Source: a virus
Lineage: Duplodnaviria > Heunggongvirae > Uroviricota > Caudoviricetes
DNA: 38,011 bases
Virus record (IMG/VR): IMGVR_UViG_2585427747_000001
Coordinates: 1 to 38,011 of that record
Reading direction: 5' to 3' (one strand)
A program made the position numbers and the translations under genes. This document shows, one piece after another, positions 25,953 through 35,412 of the stretch; the stretch's first letter is position 1, and each line of letters starts with the position of its first letter. The notes beneath the pieces are model-generated. The model made no database searches, was not told the origin of the DNA, and saw only the letters and a program-made list of their open reading frames with translations.

Positions 25953-26371
25953 TGAAAGAGCTTGAGTTAAAGAAACCGATTACCGCTCATGGTGAGACAC
26001 TCTCCGTACTGGAGTTTGATGAGCCCACCGGGAAAGATGTCCGCGAGCTGGGGTATCCCTACCAGATGAATCAGGATGAGTCCGTCAGACTTCTGGCGCA
26101 TGTGGTATCGAAATACATTGTGCGGCTGGCGAAAGTGCCGCAAAGCTCTGTCGACCAGATGTCTCCGGCAGACCTGAATGCAGCGGCGTGGCTTGTGGCT
26201 GGGTTTTTTCCTCCAGGCCTGACGGCTGAATACCTCACTGATCGCTTCTTTGACTGCGCCAGTTACTGGCGCATTAATCCTTTCGAATTGCTGAATATGC
26301 CGATCAGTGAAATTCCCTTACTGGTCAGTCAGGCAAACAGGATAGAGCAGGAGAAACGCACACATGGCTGA
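25952..26371 (+). CDS. Tail assembly chaperone
   Basis: Position between the tube and tape-measure genes; 139 aa. Confidence 0.6.
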   Translation: MKELELKKPITAHGETLSVLEFDEPTGKDVRELGYPYQMNQDESVRLLAHVVSKYIVRLAKVPQSSVDQMSPADLNAAAWLVAGFFPPGLTAEYLTDRFFDCASYWRINPFELLNMPISEIPLLVSQANRIEQEKRTHG

Positions 26372-28196
26372 ATTTGAGCTTAAGGCGTTGATCACCGGTG
26401 TCGACAGGCTTTCTCCCGCGCTGTCGAAAATGCAAAAGAAAATCCGGGGATTTAAACGCCAGGCGGAAGAAGCGTCACAGGGTGGGCTGGCGCTTGGTGG
26501 CGGACTGGCAGCGGGTCTGACGCTTTCCCTGAAATCTTATGCCGATCAGGAAAACGCCGCCACCGGGCTGAAAGTCGCTATGATGGATGCGAACGGCGAG
26601 GTTGGAAAGCGCTTTCAGGACATCAATAAACTGGCTATTGGCCTGGGTAACCAGCTACCCGGTACAACGGCTGATTTCCAGAACATGATGCAGATGCTGG
26701 TGCGTCAGGGGATCCCGGCAGAAAACATTCTGAGTGGTGTGGGTAAAGCGACAGCTTATCTTGCGGTACAACTGAAAAAAACACCGGAAGCGGCTGCTGA
26801 GTTTGCTGCAAAGATGCAGGATGCTACCGGAACGGCGTCAGAAGACATGATGGGGCTGTTCGACACTATCCAGAAGGCGTTTTATCTGGGCGTGGACGAT
26901 ACCAACATGTTGTCCTTCTTCACTAAAACCAGCTCTGTTCTGAAGATGGTGAACAAGGACGGTCTTCAGGCTGCACAGAGCCTTGCCCCCATCAGCGTCA
27001 TGATGGATCAGATGGGGATGAACGGGGAGTCGGCAGGTAACGCCCTGCGAAAAGTTATCCAGTCCGGATTAAGCGTTAAGAAAATCAGGGACGTCAATAA
27101 AATCATGGCCCGCCAGAAACTCGGGGTACAGCTCGATTTTACTGACGGCAAAGGGAGTTTTGGCGGTCTTGATAACATGTTCAGGCAACTGGCAAAGCTG
27201 CGAAAACTGACCGACGTTAAACGAACTGGTGTACTTAAGGCAATATTTGGTGATGATGCCGAAACCCTTCAGGTGGTCAATGCACTAATCGATAAAGGAA
27301 AGGATGGCTACGATCAGATCCAGCAGAAGATGAATAAACAGGCCAGCCTGAATAAACGTGTTCAGGCCCAGCTTGGTACGCTGTCCAACCTGTGGGAGGC
27401 AATGACAGGGACCGCAACTAACGGCCTTGCGGCTATTGGCGGCGCATTTTCTGGTGACGCTAAAAATATCACGCAATGGCTGGGGGAGTTGGGGGAGAAA
27501 TTCACGAAGTTTGCGGATGAAAATCCCCGGGTTATTCGCGGCGTCGTCGGGCTTGCTGCCGGTCTTGCGATTCTGAAACTGGGATTGATGGGCGTTGGCG
27601 GTGCCATCAGTATTGTCAGCAGGATCATGTCGATGACGCCGATTGGCATGATTGCGACGGCGATAGCCCTGGCTGCGGGATTAATTATCACTAACTGGGA
27701 TGTTGTCGGACCTTATTTTAAGAAACTCTGGGAAACCATTGGTCCTTATTTTGAGGCTGGCTGGGAACTCCTTAAGAAAGTTTTTGCCTGGTCGCCGCTG
27801 GGGATGGTGATCAATAACTGGGGGCCGGTTGTTAAGTGGTTTCAGGATATGTGGGACAAGCTGAAGCCAATTATTGAGTGGTTTACCGACAGTTCCGGTG
27901 ACACGGTCGATGCCATTAACTCTGCGCAGTGGGGCGCGGGTGCTTATGATGCTTATGGGACGGGAATACCGGCGCGGGGATACACACCTTATCCGGCGGT
28001 AGATCCGGCTCAGTCAAACAACGCCTCCGATGCCACAGGCCCGAATCCCTTCATGATTAACAAAGCTATCGCGCCAAAAGTTGATGGCGAGATCAAGGTT
28101 TCATTTATGAATATGCCACTAGGTATGCGGGTTACGGAAACACGTTCCAGTGGCATTGATATTAATCACGATGTTGGGTACACCAGATTTAGGTAA
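26364..28196 (+). CDS. Tail tape measure protein
   Basis: 610 aa; Ala/Gly-rich helical regions and hydrophobic segments typical of tape measures. Confidence 0.8.
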   Translation: MAEFELKALITGVDRLSPALSKMQKKIRGFKRQAEEASQGGLALGGGLAAGLTLSLKSYADQENAATGLKVAMMDANGEVGKRFQDINKLAIGLGNQLPGTTADFQNMMQMLVRQGIPAENILSGVGKATAYLAVQLKKTPEAAAEFAAKMQDATGTASEDMMGLFDTIQKAFYLGVDDTNMLSFFTKTSSVLKMVNKDGLQAAQSLAPISVMMDQMGMNGESAGNALRKVIQSGLSVKKIRDVNKIMARQKLGVQLDFTDGKGSFGGLDNMFRQLAKLRKLTDVKRTGVLKAIFGDDAETLQVVNALIDKGKDGYDQIQQKMNKQASLNKRVQAQLGTLSNLWEAMTGTATNGLAAIGGAFSGDAKNITQWLGELGEKFTKFADENPRVIRGVVGLAAGLAILKLGLMGVGGAISIVSRIMSMTPIGMIATAIALAAGLIITNWDVVGPYFKKLWETIGPYFEAGWELLKKVFAWSPLGMVINNWGPVVKWFQDMWDKLKPIIEWFTDSSGDTVDAINSAQWGAGAYDAYGTGIPARGYTPYPAVDPAQSNNASDATGPNPFMINKAIAPKVDGEIKVSFMNMPLGMRVTETRSSGIDINHDVGYTRFR

Positions 28197-28203
28197 AGAC
28201 GAA

Positions 28204-28225
28204 CAGGGAGGGCCGCCCCTCCCTG
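28204..28225. terminator. GC-rich hairpin (cagggaggg / ccctccctg) between the convergent tape-measure gene and the minus-strand accessory gene
   Basis: Read directly from the sequence. Confidence 0.55.
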
Positions 28226-28228
28226 AAC

Positions 28229-28675
28229 TTACTGTGCGAACACGCAATTTCGGCCTGATGGGGAGCCGACAATTCTGGACATTTTTTCGCAAATAACAGT
28301 TACTTGTTCTCCTTTTTTAAGAGCAGCAGCTGTTGATTTTTCAGAGTCTTGCATCTCCATTCTTGCTGGCATGAATTCATTTTCAGTTCTGAATTTAATA
28401 ATTATAGAGTCAGTAAAGTCCTTATCAATGGATTGTACGATACCTCTAACGGCGATTAATTTACCTTTTAACTGTTCATCGGTAGCGACTTCATTTTCTT
28501 CATACTCTTTAAACAGCTGTCGAGCAGTAGTGTTGTAGATTTCTTTTTGCGGTGCCGCAGCTTCCGTATCGGATGAGTATGAAGAATTAGAGCCTTTATC
28601 GTTATTGCCTGCAAAATATCCAATAATCACCAACCCGATGAAAATATATAAAATCCATTTTAATAATTTCTTCAT
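28229..28675 (-). CDS. Membrane-anchored/secreted OB-fold-like protein; AT-rich accessory gene inside the tail module
   Basis: N-terminal signal/TM (MKKLLKWILYIFIGLVIIGYFAG), no lipobox Cys; the mature region resembles small periplasmic OB-fold proteins; opposite strand to all neighbours; AT-rich. Confidence 0.55.
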   Translation of the reverse strand: MKKLLKWILYIFIGLVIIGYFAGNNDKGSNSSYSSDTEAAAPQKEIYNTTARQLFKEYEENEVATDEQLKGKLIAVRGIVQSIDKDFTDSIIIKFRTENEFMPARMEMQDSEKSTAAALKKGEQVTVICEKMSRIVGSPSGRNCVFAQ

Positions 28676-28737
28676 GTTATCACCTTAATGCTAATAATTT
28701 ATATAGTTACAAATGGTAATGGCTACCACTACAAATT

Positions 28738-30114
28738 ATGGCATTACCAGTAAATATTACTACTGATAATAAATATGGGACTTATATGACGTGGAAAGAC
28801 AGGCTTCAGGATGCGTCATTTCGCAGCGTGCCGTTTAAGGTTGAAGAAGAAAGTGCGGGAACCGGTCGTCGTGTGGAAACACATGAATACCCGAACCGCG
28901 ACAAACCCTATACCGAAGACCTGGGGAAAATCACTTTCCGCCCGTCCATCACGGCTTATGTGGTGGGAGATGACTGCTTTGACCAGCGTGATCGCCTGAT
29001 TGAAGCGCTGAATAAACCCGGTCCCGGCACGCTTGTCCACCCGACATACGGTGAGTTGAAAGTCTGTGTTGACGGGGAAGTTCGGGTCAGCACATCGAAG
29101 AGTGAAGGGCGTATTGTCCGCTTTGACCTGAAGTTTGTCGAAGCGGGAGAACTCTCTTACCCCACTTCAGGTGCGGCGACGGCGCAGACGCTGATGTCAT
29201 CCTGTTCTGCACTGGATGACTGCATCAGTGACAGCTTCAGTGGTTTCAGTATCGATGGCGTGGCAGATTTTGTGCAGAACGACGTCGTCGGTAATGCCAG
29301 CACAATGCTTGGGTATGTTTCTGATGCGATGAAAGTGGTGGATTCTGCCGTATCGGATGCCGCCAGACTGTTGCAGGGGGATATCTCGGTACTTCTGCCG
29401 CCGCCATCGTCAGGCAAAAATTTCGTTGAGCAGGTGCAGAAAATGTGGCGTACCGGGAAACGCCTTTATGGTAACGCCAGCGACCTGGTCACCATGATCA
29501 AAACGCTTTCCGGTGTCAGCCTCGGCAGCGATCTGCAACCGCGCGGCGTCTGGAAAACGGACAGTAAAACCACCGCCACGGCGACGCAGCAGCGTAATGT
29601 GGTTGCCAGCACCCTTCGTACGACCGCAATCAGCGAAGCGGCGTATGCCGTCACACGATTGCCTGCGCCCACAACTTCCGCGGTGATGCAGAATGCCGCA
29701 GTGGGGCAGGCAACAACACCCGCGCAGAGCACCGGCTGGCCTTCTGTCACGCATCCGGCACTGAACAATGCACCGGCGGTGAAAAACACGGTTGACCTGC
29801 CAACGTGGGAAGAACTGACCGACATTCGCGACACACTGAATACGGCAATTGATAAGGAGTTGTCCCGTACAACCAGTGATGCGCTGTTTCTGGCGCTGCG
29901 CCGGGTGAAAGCAGATCTGAATGCGGATATCAACACGCGCCTTGAACAGTCTGCACGGATCATTCAGCGCACGCCGGATGAGGTTTTACCCGCGCTGGTG
30001 CTGGCGGCGACCTGGTTTGATAACGCGGCGCGTGACGCGGACATTATCCGGCGTAATGCCATTACGCATCCCGGCTTTGTGCCGGTGATCCCTCTGAAGG
30101 TGCCAGTGCAATGA
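28738..30114 (+). CDS. Mu N-like DNA circularization protein
   Basis: 458 aa; position after the tape measure. Confidence 0.65.
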   Translation: MALPVNITTDNKYGTYMTWKDRLQDASFRSVPFKVEEESAGTGRRVETHEYPNRDKPYTEDLGKITFRPSITAYVVGDDCFDQRDRLIEALNKPGPGTLVHPTYGELKVCVDGEVRVSTSKSEGRIVRFDLKFVEAGELSYPTSGAATAQTLMSSCSALDDCISDSFSGFSIDGVADFVQNDVVGNASTMLGYVSDAMKVVDSAVSDAARLLQGDISVLLPPPSSGKNFVEQVQKMWRTGKRLYGNASDLVTMIKTLSGVSLGSDLQPRGVWKTDSKTTATATQQRNVVASTLRTTAISEAAYAVTRLPAPTTSAVMQNAAVGQATTPAQSTGWPSVTHPALNNAPAVKNTVDLPTWEELTDIRDTLNTAIDKELSRTTSDALFLALRRVKADLNADINTRLEQSARIIQRTPDEVLPALVLAATWFDNAARDADIIRRNAITHPGFVPVIPLKVPVQ

Positions 30115-31190
30115 ACGACAATGTCACGCTACGGGTAGATGGCCGGGAGTGGAATGGCTGGACATCGGTGCGCATCGGTGCCGGTATTGAACGGCTGGCG
30201 CGGGATTTCAGTGTGGAGATCACTCGCCAGTGGCCGGGAGATGAGGGTATCACCACGCTTCAGCCGCGCATTAAAAACGGTTCAAAAGTGGAAGTGCTGA
30301 TTGGTGATGAGCTGGTGATCACCGGCTGGGTGGAGGCGACTCCCGTTCGTTACGATGCCCGTTCGGTCAGCACCGGTATTGCCGGACGTAGTCTGACGGC
30401 TGACCTGATTGACTGTGCAGCCGAACCGACACAGTTTAACGGACGCTCGCTGGTGCAGATTGCGCAGGCGCTTGCTGCGCCTTTCGGCATTGAGGTGGTG
30501 AACAGCGGTGCGCCGTCGGGTGTTATTCCTGATGTTCAGCCTGATCACGGTGAAACGGTGATTGAGGTAATCAACAAAATACTCGGTCAGCAGCAGGCGC
30601 TGGCTTACGACGACCCGCACGGCAGGCTGGTGATTGGCGGTATTGGCTCAACGCGGGCACATACCGCGCTGGTACTTGGGGAAAACATCCTTTCCTGTGA
30701 TACGGAGAAGAGTATCCGGGAGCGGTTTTCTGTTTACCAGGTGGCGGGGCAGCGTGCCGGAAACGACGATGATTTCGGTGAGGCCACCACCACCGCGCTG
30801 CGGGCCCGCACAGAGGACGCATTTATTGCCCGTTACCGTCCGATGTATATCAGGCAGACAGGGCAGGCCACGGGGGCAGGCTGTATTGCGCGTGCTGACT
30901 TTGAAGCCCGAAAACGGGCGGCGCGGACGGATGAAACCACCTATGTGGTGCAGGGCTGGCGACAGGGTAACGGTACGCTGTGGCAGCCCAACCAGCGGGT
31001 GATTGTCTTCGATCCGGTCTGTGGTTTCGACAATACCGAACTGCTTGTCTCGGAAGTCACGTTTACTCAGGACCAGAACGGCACCCTGACGGAAATCCGT
31101 GTCGGCCCGCCTGATGCTTATCTGCCTGAACCCGAAGCCCCCGGCTCGCGGAAAAAGAAAAAAGCCAGAGTACAGGAGGACCCGTTCTGA
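30111..31190 (+). CDS. Mu P-like (gp44) baseplate hub protein
   Basis: 359 aa; position; overlaps the upstream stop. Confidence 0.65.
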   Translation: MNDNVTLRVDGREWNGWTSVRIGAGIERLARDFSVEITRQWPGDEGITTLQPRIKNGSKVEVLIGDELVITGWVEATPVRYDARSVSTGIAGRSLTADLIDCAAEPTQFNGRSLVQIAQALAAPFGIEVVNSGAPSGVIPDVQPDHGETVIEVINKILGQQQALAYDDPHGRLVIGGIGSTRAHTALVLGENILSCDTEKSIRERFSVYQVAGQRAGNDDDFGEATTTALRARTEDAFIARYRPMYIRQTGQATGAGCIARADFEARKRAARTDETTYVVQGWRQGNGTLWQPNQRVIVFDPVCGFDNTELLVSEVTFTQDQNGTLTEIRVGPPDAYLPEPEAPGSRKKKKARVQEDPF

Positions 31191-31738
31191 TGAGGACGAT
31201 TGAAGCCATGCAGCGACAACTTCTCGGCCTGATTGGGCGGGCCGTGGTGAAAAGCATCAGTGCCGCCACGAAATGTCAGACCGTGGATGTGTCCCTGATT
31301 GCCGGTGAACCCAAAGCCGGGGTTGAACATCTTGAACCCTACGGTTTTACCGCAAGGGCAAACAGCGGTGCGGAAGCGGTGGTGTTGTTTCCGGATGGCG
31401 ACCGTTCTCATGCGGTGGTTGTTACGGTGTCGGACCGGCGCTACCGCCTGAAAGGGCTGCAGACGGGTGAGGTGGCTGTCTATGACGATCAGGGGCAGTC
31501 TGTGACGCTGACCCGGGAGGGGATCGTGGTGGACGGTGCAGGGAAAACGATCACGTTTCGCAATGCACCTGAAGCACGTTTTGAAATGGATCTGGAAGTG
31601 ACCGGACAGGTGAAAGACCTGTGCGACTCCGGCGGCACCACCATGTCAGCGATGCGGCTTGCCTATAACGGGCATCGTCACAGAGAGAACGGTCAGGGCA
31701 GTAACACCGACAAACCTGATAAAGCGATGGAGGCATGA
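31190..31738 (+). CDS. Baseplate assembly protein V / spike (gp45-like)
   Basis: 182 aa; position in the Mu-like baseplate gene order. Confidence 0.6.
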   Translation: MRTIEAMQRQLLGLIGRAVVKSISAATKCQTVDVSLIAGEPKAGVEHLEPYGFTARANSGAEAVVLFPDGDRSHAVVVTVSDRRYRLKGLQTGEVAVYDDQGQSVTLTREGIVVDGAGKTITFRNAPEARFEMDLEVTGQVKDLCDSGGTTMSAMRLAYNGHRHRENGQGSNTDKPDKAMEA

Positions 31739-32163
31739 TGGAACTGTGGCTGACGGTGAACGGTAAACGCACCTGTGCCAGCGCACCGCTGGATCCGCTG
31801 ACCCGCGCCGTGGTGATTTCCCTGTTTACCTGGCGGCGGGCGGAGCCTGATGACAACGCCGACGTCCCGATGGGATGGTGGGGGGATACCTGGCCTGCGG
31901 TACAGAATGACCGTTACGGCTCCCGACTGTGGCTGCTTCAGCGCAGCAAACTGACCAATCAGCTGGTGCAGACGGTAAGGGGGTATATCCGCGAATGCCT
32001 GCAATGGATGATTGATGACGGCGTGGTGTCCCGTATTGATCTGGATATCCGCCGCACCGGGATTAATGAACTGGGTAACAGTATCACTCTCTGGCGTCGT
32101 GACGGACCGGTAATGATTTCTTTTGATGATCTGTGGAGTGCGATAACGCATGGCGGACAGTGA
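31735..32163 (+). CDS. GP46-family baseplate protein
   Basis: 142 aa; position in the baseplate cluster. Confidence 0.6.
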   Translation: MMELWLTVNGKRTCASAPLDPLTRAVVISLFTWRRAEPDDNADVPMGWWGDTWPAVQNDRYGSRLWLLQRSKLTNQLVQTVRGYIRECLQWMIDDGVVSRIDLDIRRTGINELGNSITLWRRDGPVMISFDDLWSAITHGGQ

Positions 32164-33208
32164 ATTTCAGCGCCCGACGCTGGCAGAAAATATCAGTATG
32201 CTCCGTAACGATTTATTCGCCAGGCTGGACGTCAGCGACACGCTCCGGCGCATGGATGAAGACGTGCGGGCAAAGGTGTATGCGGCGGCGCTGCATACGG
32301 TTTACGGGTACATCGATTATCTGGCAATGAATATGCTGCCTGACCTGTGCGATGAGTCCTGGCTGGCGCGACATGCTGCGATGAAACGGTGTCCGCGCAA
32401 GGGGGCCACGGCTGCCAGCGGGTATATGCGCTGGGAAGGTGTCAGCGATGGCCTGAAGGTGACTGCCGGGAGCGTGATTCAGCGCGATGACCTGGTTCAG
32501 TACACGGCAACTGCCGATGCAACCAGCTCCGGTGGTGTCCTACGTGTGCCGATCACTTGCTCAACTACAGGCGCGGTCGGTAACGCTGACGACGGTACGT
32601 CATTAATCCTGGTCACGCCGGTGAATGGTCTGCCGTCTTCCGGTGTTGCAGATACCCTGACTGGCGGATTCGATACTGAAGATCTGGAAACGTGGCGCGC
32701 CCGCGTCATTGAGCGGTATTACTGGACGCCGCAGGGCGGGGCTGACGGGGACTATGTCGTCTGGGCTAAAGAAGTGCCCGGCATTACCCGCGCATGGACA
32801 TACCGTCACTGGATGGGAACGGGAACTGTCGGTGTGATGATTGCCAGCAGTGACCTGATTAATCCCATTCCGGAAGAATCAACGGAAACGGCGGCAAGAC
32901 AACATATCGGGCCACTGGCCCCGGTGGCAGGCTCTGATTTGTATGTGTTCAGGCCGGTGGCACATACGGTGGATTTTCATATCCGCGTGACGCCGGACAC
33001 ACCGGAAATACGGGCTGCCATCACCGCGGAGTTGCGTTCGTTCCTGCTGCGTGATGGTTATCCGCAGGGAGAACTGAAGGTATCGCGTATCAGTGAGGCG
33101 ATTTCCGGTGCGAACGGGGAATACAGCCATCAGTTGCTTGCACCGGCAGACAATATCTCCATTGCAAAAAATGAACTGGCGGTTCTGGGGACGATTTCAT
33201 GGACGTGA
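32150..33208 (+). CDS. Baseplate J-like protein (gp47)
   Basis: 352 aa; position in the baseplate cluster. Confidence 0.65.
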   Translation: MADSEFQRPTLAENISMLRNDLFARLDVSDTLRRMDEDVRAKVYAAALHTVYGYIDYLAMNMLPDLCDESWLARHAAMKRCPRKGATAASGYMRWEGVSDGLKVTAGSVIQRDDLVQYTATADATSSGGVLRVPITCSTTGAVGNADDGTSLILVTPVNGLPSSGVADTLTGGFDTEDLETWRARVIERYYWTPQGGADGDYVVWAKEVPGITRAWTYRHWMGTGTVGVMIASSDLINPIPEESTETAARQHIGPLAPVAGSDLYVFRPVAHTVDFHIRVTPDTPEIRAAITAELRSFLLRDGYPQGELKVSRISEAISGANGEYSHQLLAPADNISIAKNELAVLGTISWT

Positions 33209-33783
33209 CAAACGATGATTACATCCGTCTGTTGTCGGCACTGTTGCCCCCCGGTCCGGCGTGGTCAGCCAGCGATCCGGCGATTGCCGGTGCGGCACCG
33301 TCATTAACCCGCGTTCATCAGCGTGCGGATGCCCTGATGCGGGAGCTGGATCCGCGCACCACCACTGAACTGATAAACCGCTGGGAGCGTCTGTGCGGCC
33401 TGCCGGATGAATGTATTCCGGCGGGAACGCAGACCCTTCGTCAGCGTCAGCAACGGCTGGATGCGAAGGTTAATCTGGCGGGCGGCATCAATGAGGATTT
33501 TTACCTTGCACAGCTTGCTGCCCTGGGCAGACCAGACGCCACCATCACGCGATACGACAAAAGCACGTTCACCTGCTCATCGGCCTGTACTGACGCAGTG
33601 AATGCGCCGGAATGGCGGTATTACTGGCAGGTCAACATGCCAGCCGCCACCAACACCACCTGGATGACATGTGGCGATCCCTGTGATTCCGCACTGCGTA
33701 TCTGGGGCGACACCGTTGTCGAGTGCGTGCTTAACAAACTCTGCCCTTCGCATACCTATGTAATTTTTAAATATCCGGAGTAA
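33199..33783 (+). CDS. Mu gp48 / YmfQ-like tail protein (DUF2313)
   Basis: 194 aa; Cys-containing C-terminus; precedes the tail fibre. Confidence 0.55.
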   Translation: MDVTNDDYIRLLSALLPPGPAWSASDPAIAGAAPSLTRVHQRADALMRELDPRTTTELINRWERLCGLPDECIPAGTQTLRQRQQRLDAKVNLAGGINEDFYLAQLAALGRPDATITRYDKSTFTCSSACTDAVNAPEWRYYWQVNMPAATNTTWMTCGDPCDSALRIWGDTVVECVLNKLCPSHTYVIFKYPE

Positions 33784-33786
33784 TCC

Positions 33787-34719
33787 ATGCATCGTATAGA
33801 CACGAAAACCGCGCAGAAGGATAAGTTCGGCGCGGGTAAGAACGGTTTTACCCGTGGTAACCCCCAGACCGGCACACCTGCCACCGATCTGGATGATGAC
33901 TACTTTGACATGTTGCAGGAAGAACTTTGTAGCGTGGTGGAGGCCTCCGGTGCCAGCCTGGAGAAGGAGCGGCACGACCAGTTGCTTACCGCGCTTCGTG
34001 CGCTGCTGTTAAGCCGCAAGAATCCGTTTGGTGATATCAAATCGGATGGCACGGTGAAAACGGCTCTCGAAAACCTTGGTTTGGGAGATGGCTCGGGGCG
34101 TTACTGCAAAACTGTCGTTTTTTCATCGTCGGGTTCATATACGTGGCCAGCTGACGTAAAACGAATTGACGTTATTCTGACTGCGGCTGGCGGCGGTGGC
34201 GGTGGATGTAACGCGGAGAACGCAAATCAGACATTTTCAGGGGCTGGCGGAGGAGCCGGAGGTACTGTTTTTGCCACTATTTATGCGACAGACAACGATG
34301 CCGGGCCAGGAACCTATACAGTGACAATTGGCAGCGGTGGTAGTGGTGCCAATGGGGCAGGGTCTGGAAATAATGGCGGTAATAGTTCGTTCATGACATT
34401 AACTGCGCTCGGTGGCCAGGGTGGGCAATGGGGCGGCGCTACAAATACCGCTGGCGGGCGCGGTGGCTCAGGCTCTGGCGGTTATAAAACTGAACAAGGC
34501 GGAGACGGTTCAGACGGACAGGCGGGCCAGGCGCTATTAGTAGGCAATGGGGCATCGAGCTATTGGGGTGGCGGCGGCCGCGCTGGGCAACTGAGCGGTA
34601 ATCCTGGAGTTTGCTCTGGCTCCGGCGGCGGGGGTGCATACGATAATAGCTATTCACACACGTCAGGACGTGGCGGGCACGGAGCTAATGGCGTGCTGGT
34701 AATTCGGGAGTACATGTAA
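33787..34719 (+). CDS. Tail fibre protein with Gly-rich C-terminal repeats
   Basis: Conserved tail-fibre-like N-terminus ([47 protein letters not shown]); long Gly-rich low-complexity region; followed by a tail fibre assembly gene. Confidence 0.7.
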   Translation: MHRIDTKTAQKDKFGAGKNGFTRGNPQTGTPATDLDDDYFDMLQEELCSVVEASGASLEKERHDQLLTALRALLLSRKNPFGDIKSDGTVKTALENLGLGDGSGRYCKTVVFSSSGSYTWPADVKRIDVILTAAGGGGGGCNAENANQTFSGAGGGAGGTVFATIYATDNDAGPGTYTVTIGSGGSGANGAGSGNNGGNSSFMTLTALGGQGGQWGGATNTAGGRGGSGSGGYKTEQGGDGSDGQAGQALLVGNGASSYWGGGGRAGQLSGNPGVCSGSGGGGAYDNSYSHTSGRGGHGANGVLVIREYM

Positions 34720-35124
34720 ATGAATGATATCTATGCAGTTGTTGATAATAACGTTGTTATTAATGTCATTATCTGGGACGGAATTTCTGAATGGAAACCA
34801 GAGGCTGGTAATTTAGTTCCGTTAAACGGCGATGCTGGCATCGGTTGGTCATATTCAGACGGAGTATTTACCGCGCCACCTCCCCCAGAACGCTCTCACA
34901 ACGCGTTAGTTGCGGAGGCTGAGCTGCAGAAATCAGCACTACTGACCGTAGCAAATAACACAATAGCACCGCTGCAGGATGCCGTTGATTTGGAAATGGC
35001 GACAGACGATGAACAGGCGTTACTGCTGGCGTGGAAAAAATACAGGGTACTGCTGAACCGTGTTGATACCTCAGCGGCACCCGAAATAGAGTGGCCTACG
35101 CAACCGGGGGAGCGGGCCAGTTGA
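34720..35124 (+). CDS. Tail fibre assembly protein (Tfa)
   Basis: C-terminal region (…[33 protein letters not shown]) typical of Tfa chaperones. Confidence 0.7.
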   Translation: MNDIYAVVDNNVVINVIIWDGISEWKPEAGNLVPLNGDAGIGWSYSDGVFTAPPPPERSHNALVAEAELQKSALLTVANNTIAPLQDAVDLEMATDDEQALLLAWKKYRVLLNRVDTSAAPEIEWPTQPGERAS

Positions 35125-35290
35125 TATCAGGCGCAGCGTCAGCATCAACTGCTGTCACTGCGTCGATGTAGTCGAGTACCGCATTCAGCCGCGTTTTTTC
35201 ATCATCAGTCAGTTTGCGGCCTGCACTTCTCCGTTGACATCTTTGTTATATGGTACAACTGCGCAGAGGCCTGTCTCTTCAATTGTGCCA
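35095..35290 (-). pseudogene. Inverted remnant of a second tail fibre assembly gene (C-terminal fragment only)
   Basis: Minus-strand translation …[37 protein letters not shown]… parallels the C-terminus of the adjacent plus-strand Tfa (TDDE…AAPEIEWP); no upstream partner gene; coordinates approximate. Confidence 0.4.
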
Positions 35291-35382
35291 GTTGAATACT
35301 ACGATACAACGCTCGGCCTTCCTGTTTGGTGGAACATAACCACATCCACATGGAAAAGAGCTGATGGTGTAGATGTATAAAC

Positions 35383-35412
35383 TTAAAAAAGGCGCTTTTT
35401 AGCGCCTTTAAA
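35383..35412. terminator. Bidirectional rho-independent terminator (aaaaaaggcgc ttttt agcgccttt)
   Basis: Perfect GC stem flanked by A-run and T-run; sits between the convergent tail fibre genes and the acyltransferase gene. Confidence 0.7.

Noticed and set aside
25952-26400. Programmed translational frameshift at the tail chaperone/tape-measure junction
   Set aside because: Such frameshifts are common here, but I could not identify a convincing slippery heptamer by eye; the 8-bp overlap with the tape-measure start looks like ordinary coupling.
29157-29963. Minus-strand ORFs inside the DNA circularization gene
   Set aside because: Antisense to a long well-supported plus-strand gene; composition is not protein-like.
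34150-34700. Repetitive DNA that could be a CRISPR-like or tandem-repeat array
   Set aside because: It is the Gly-rich coding repeat of the tail fibre protein, in frame within a long ORF; no repeat-spacer structure or cas genes are present.
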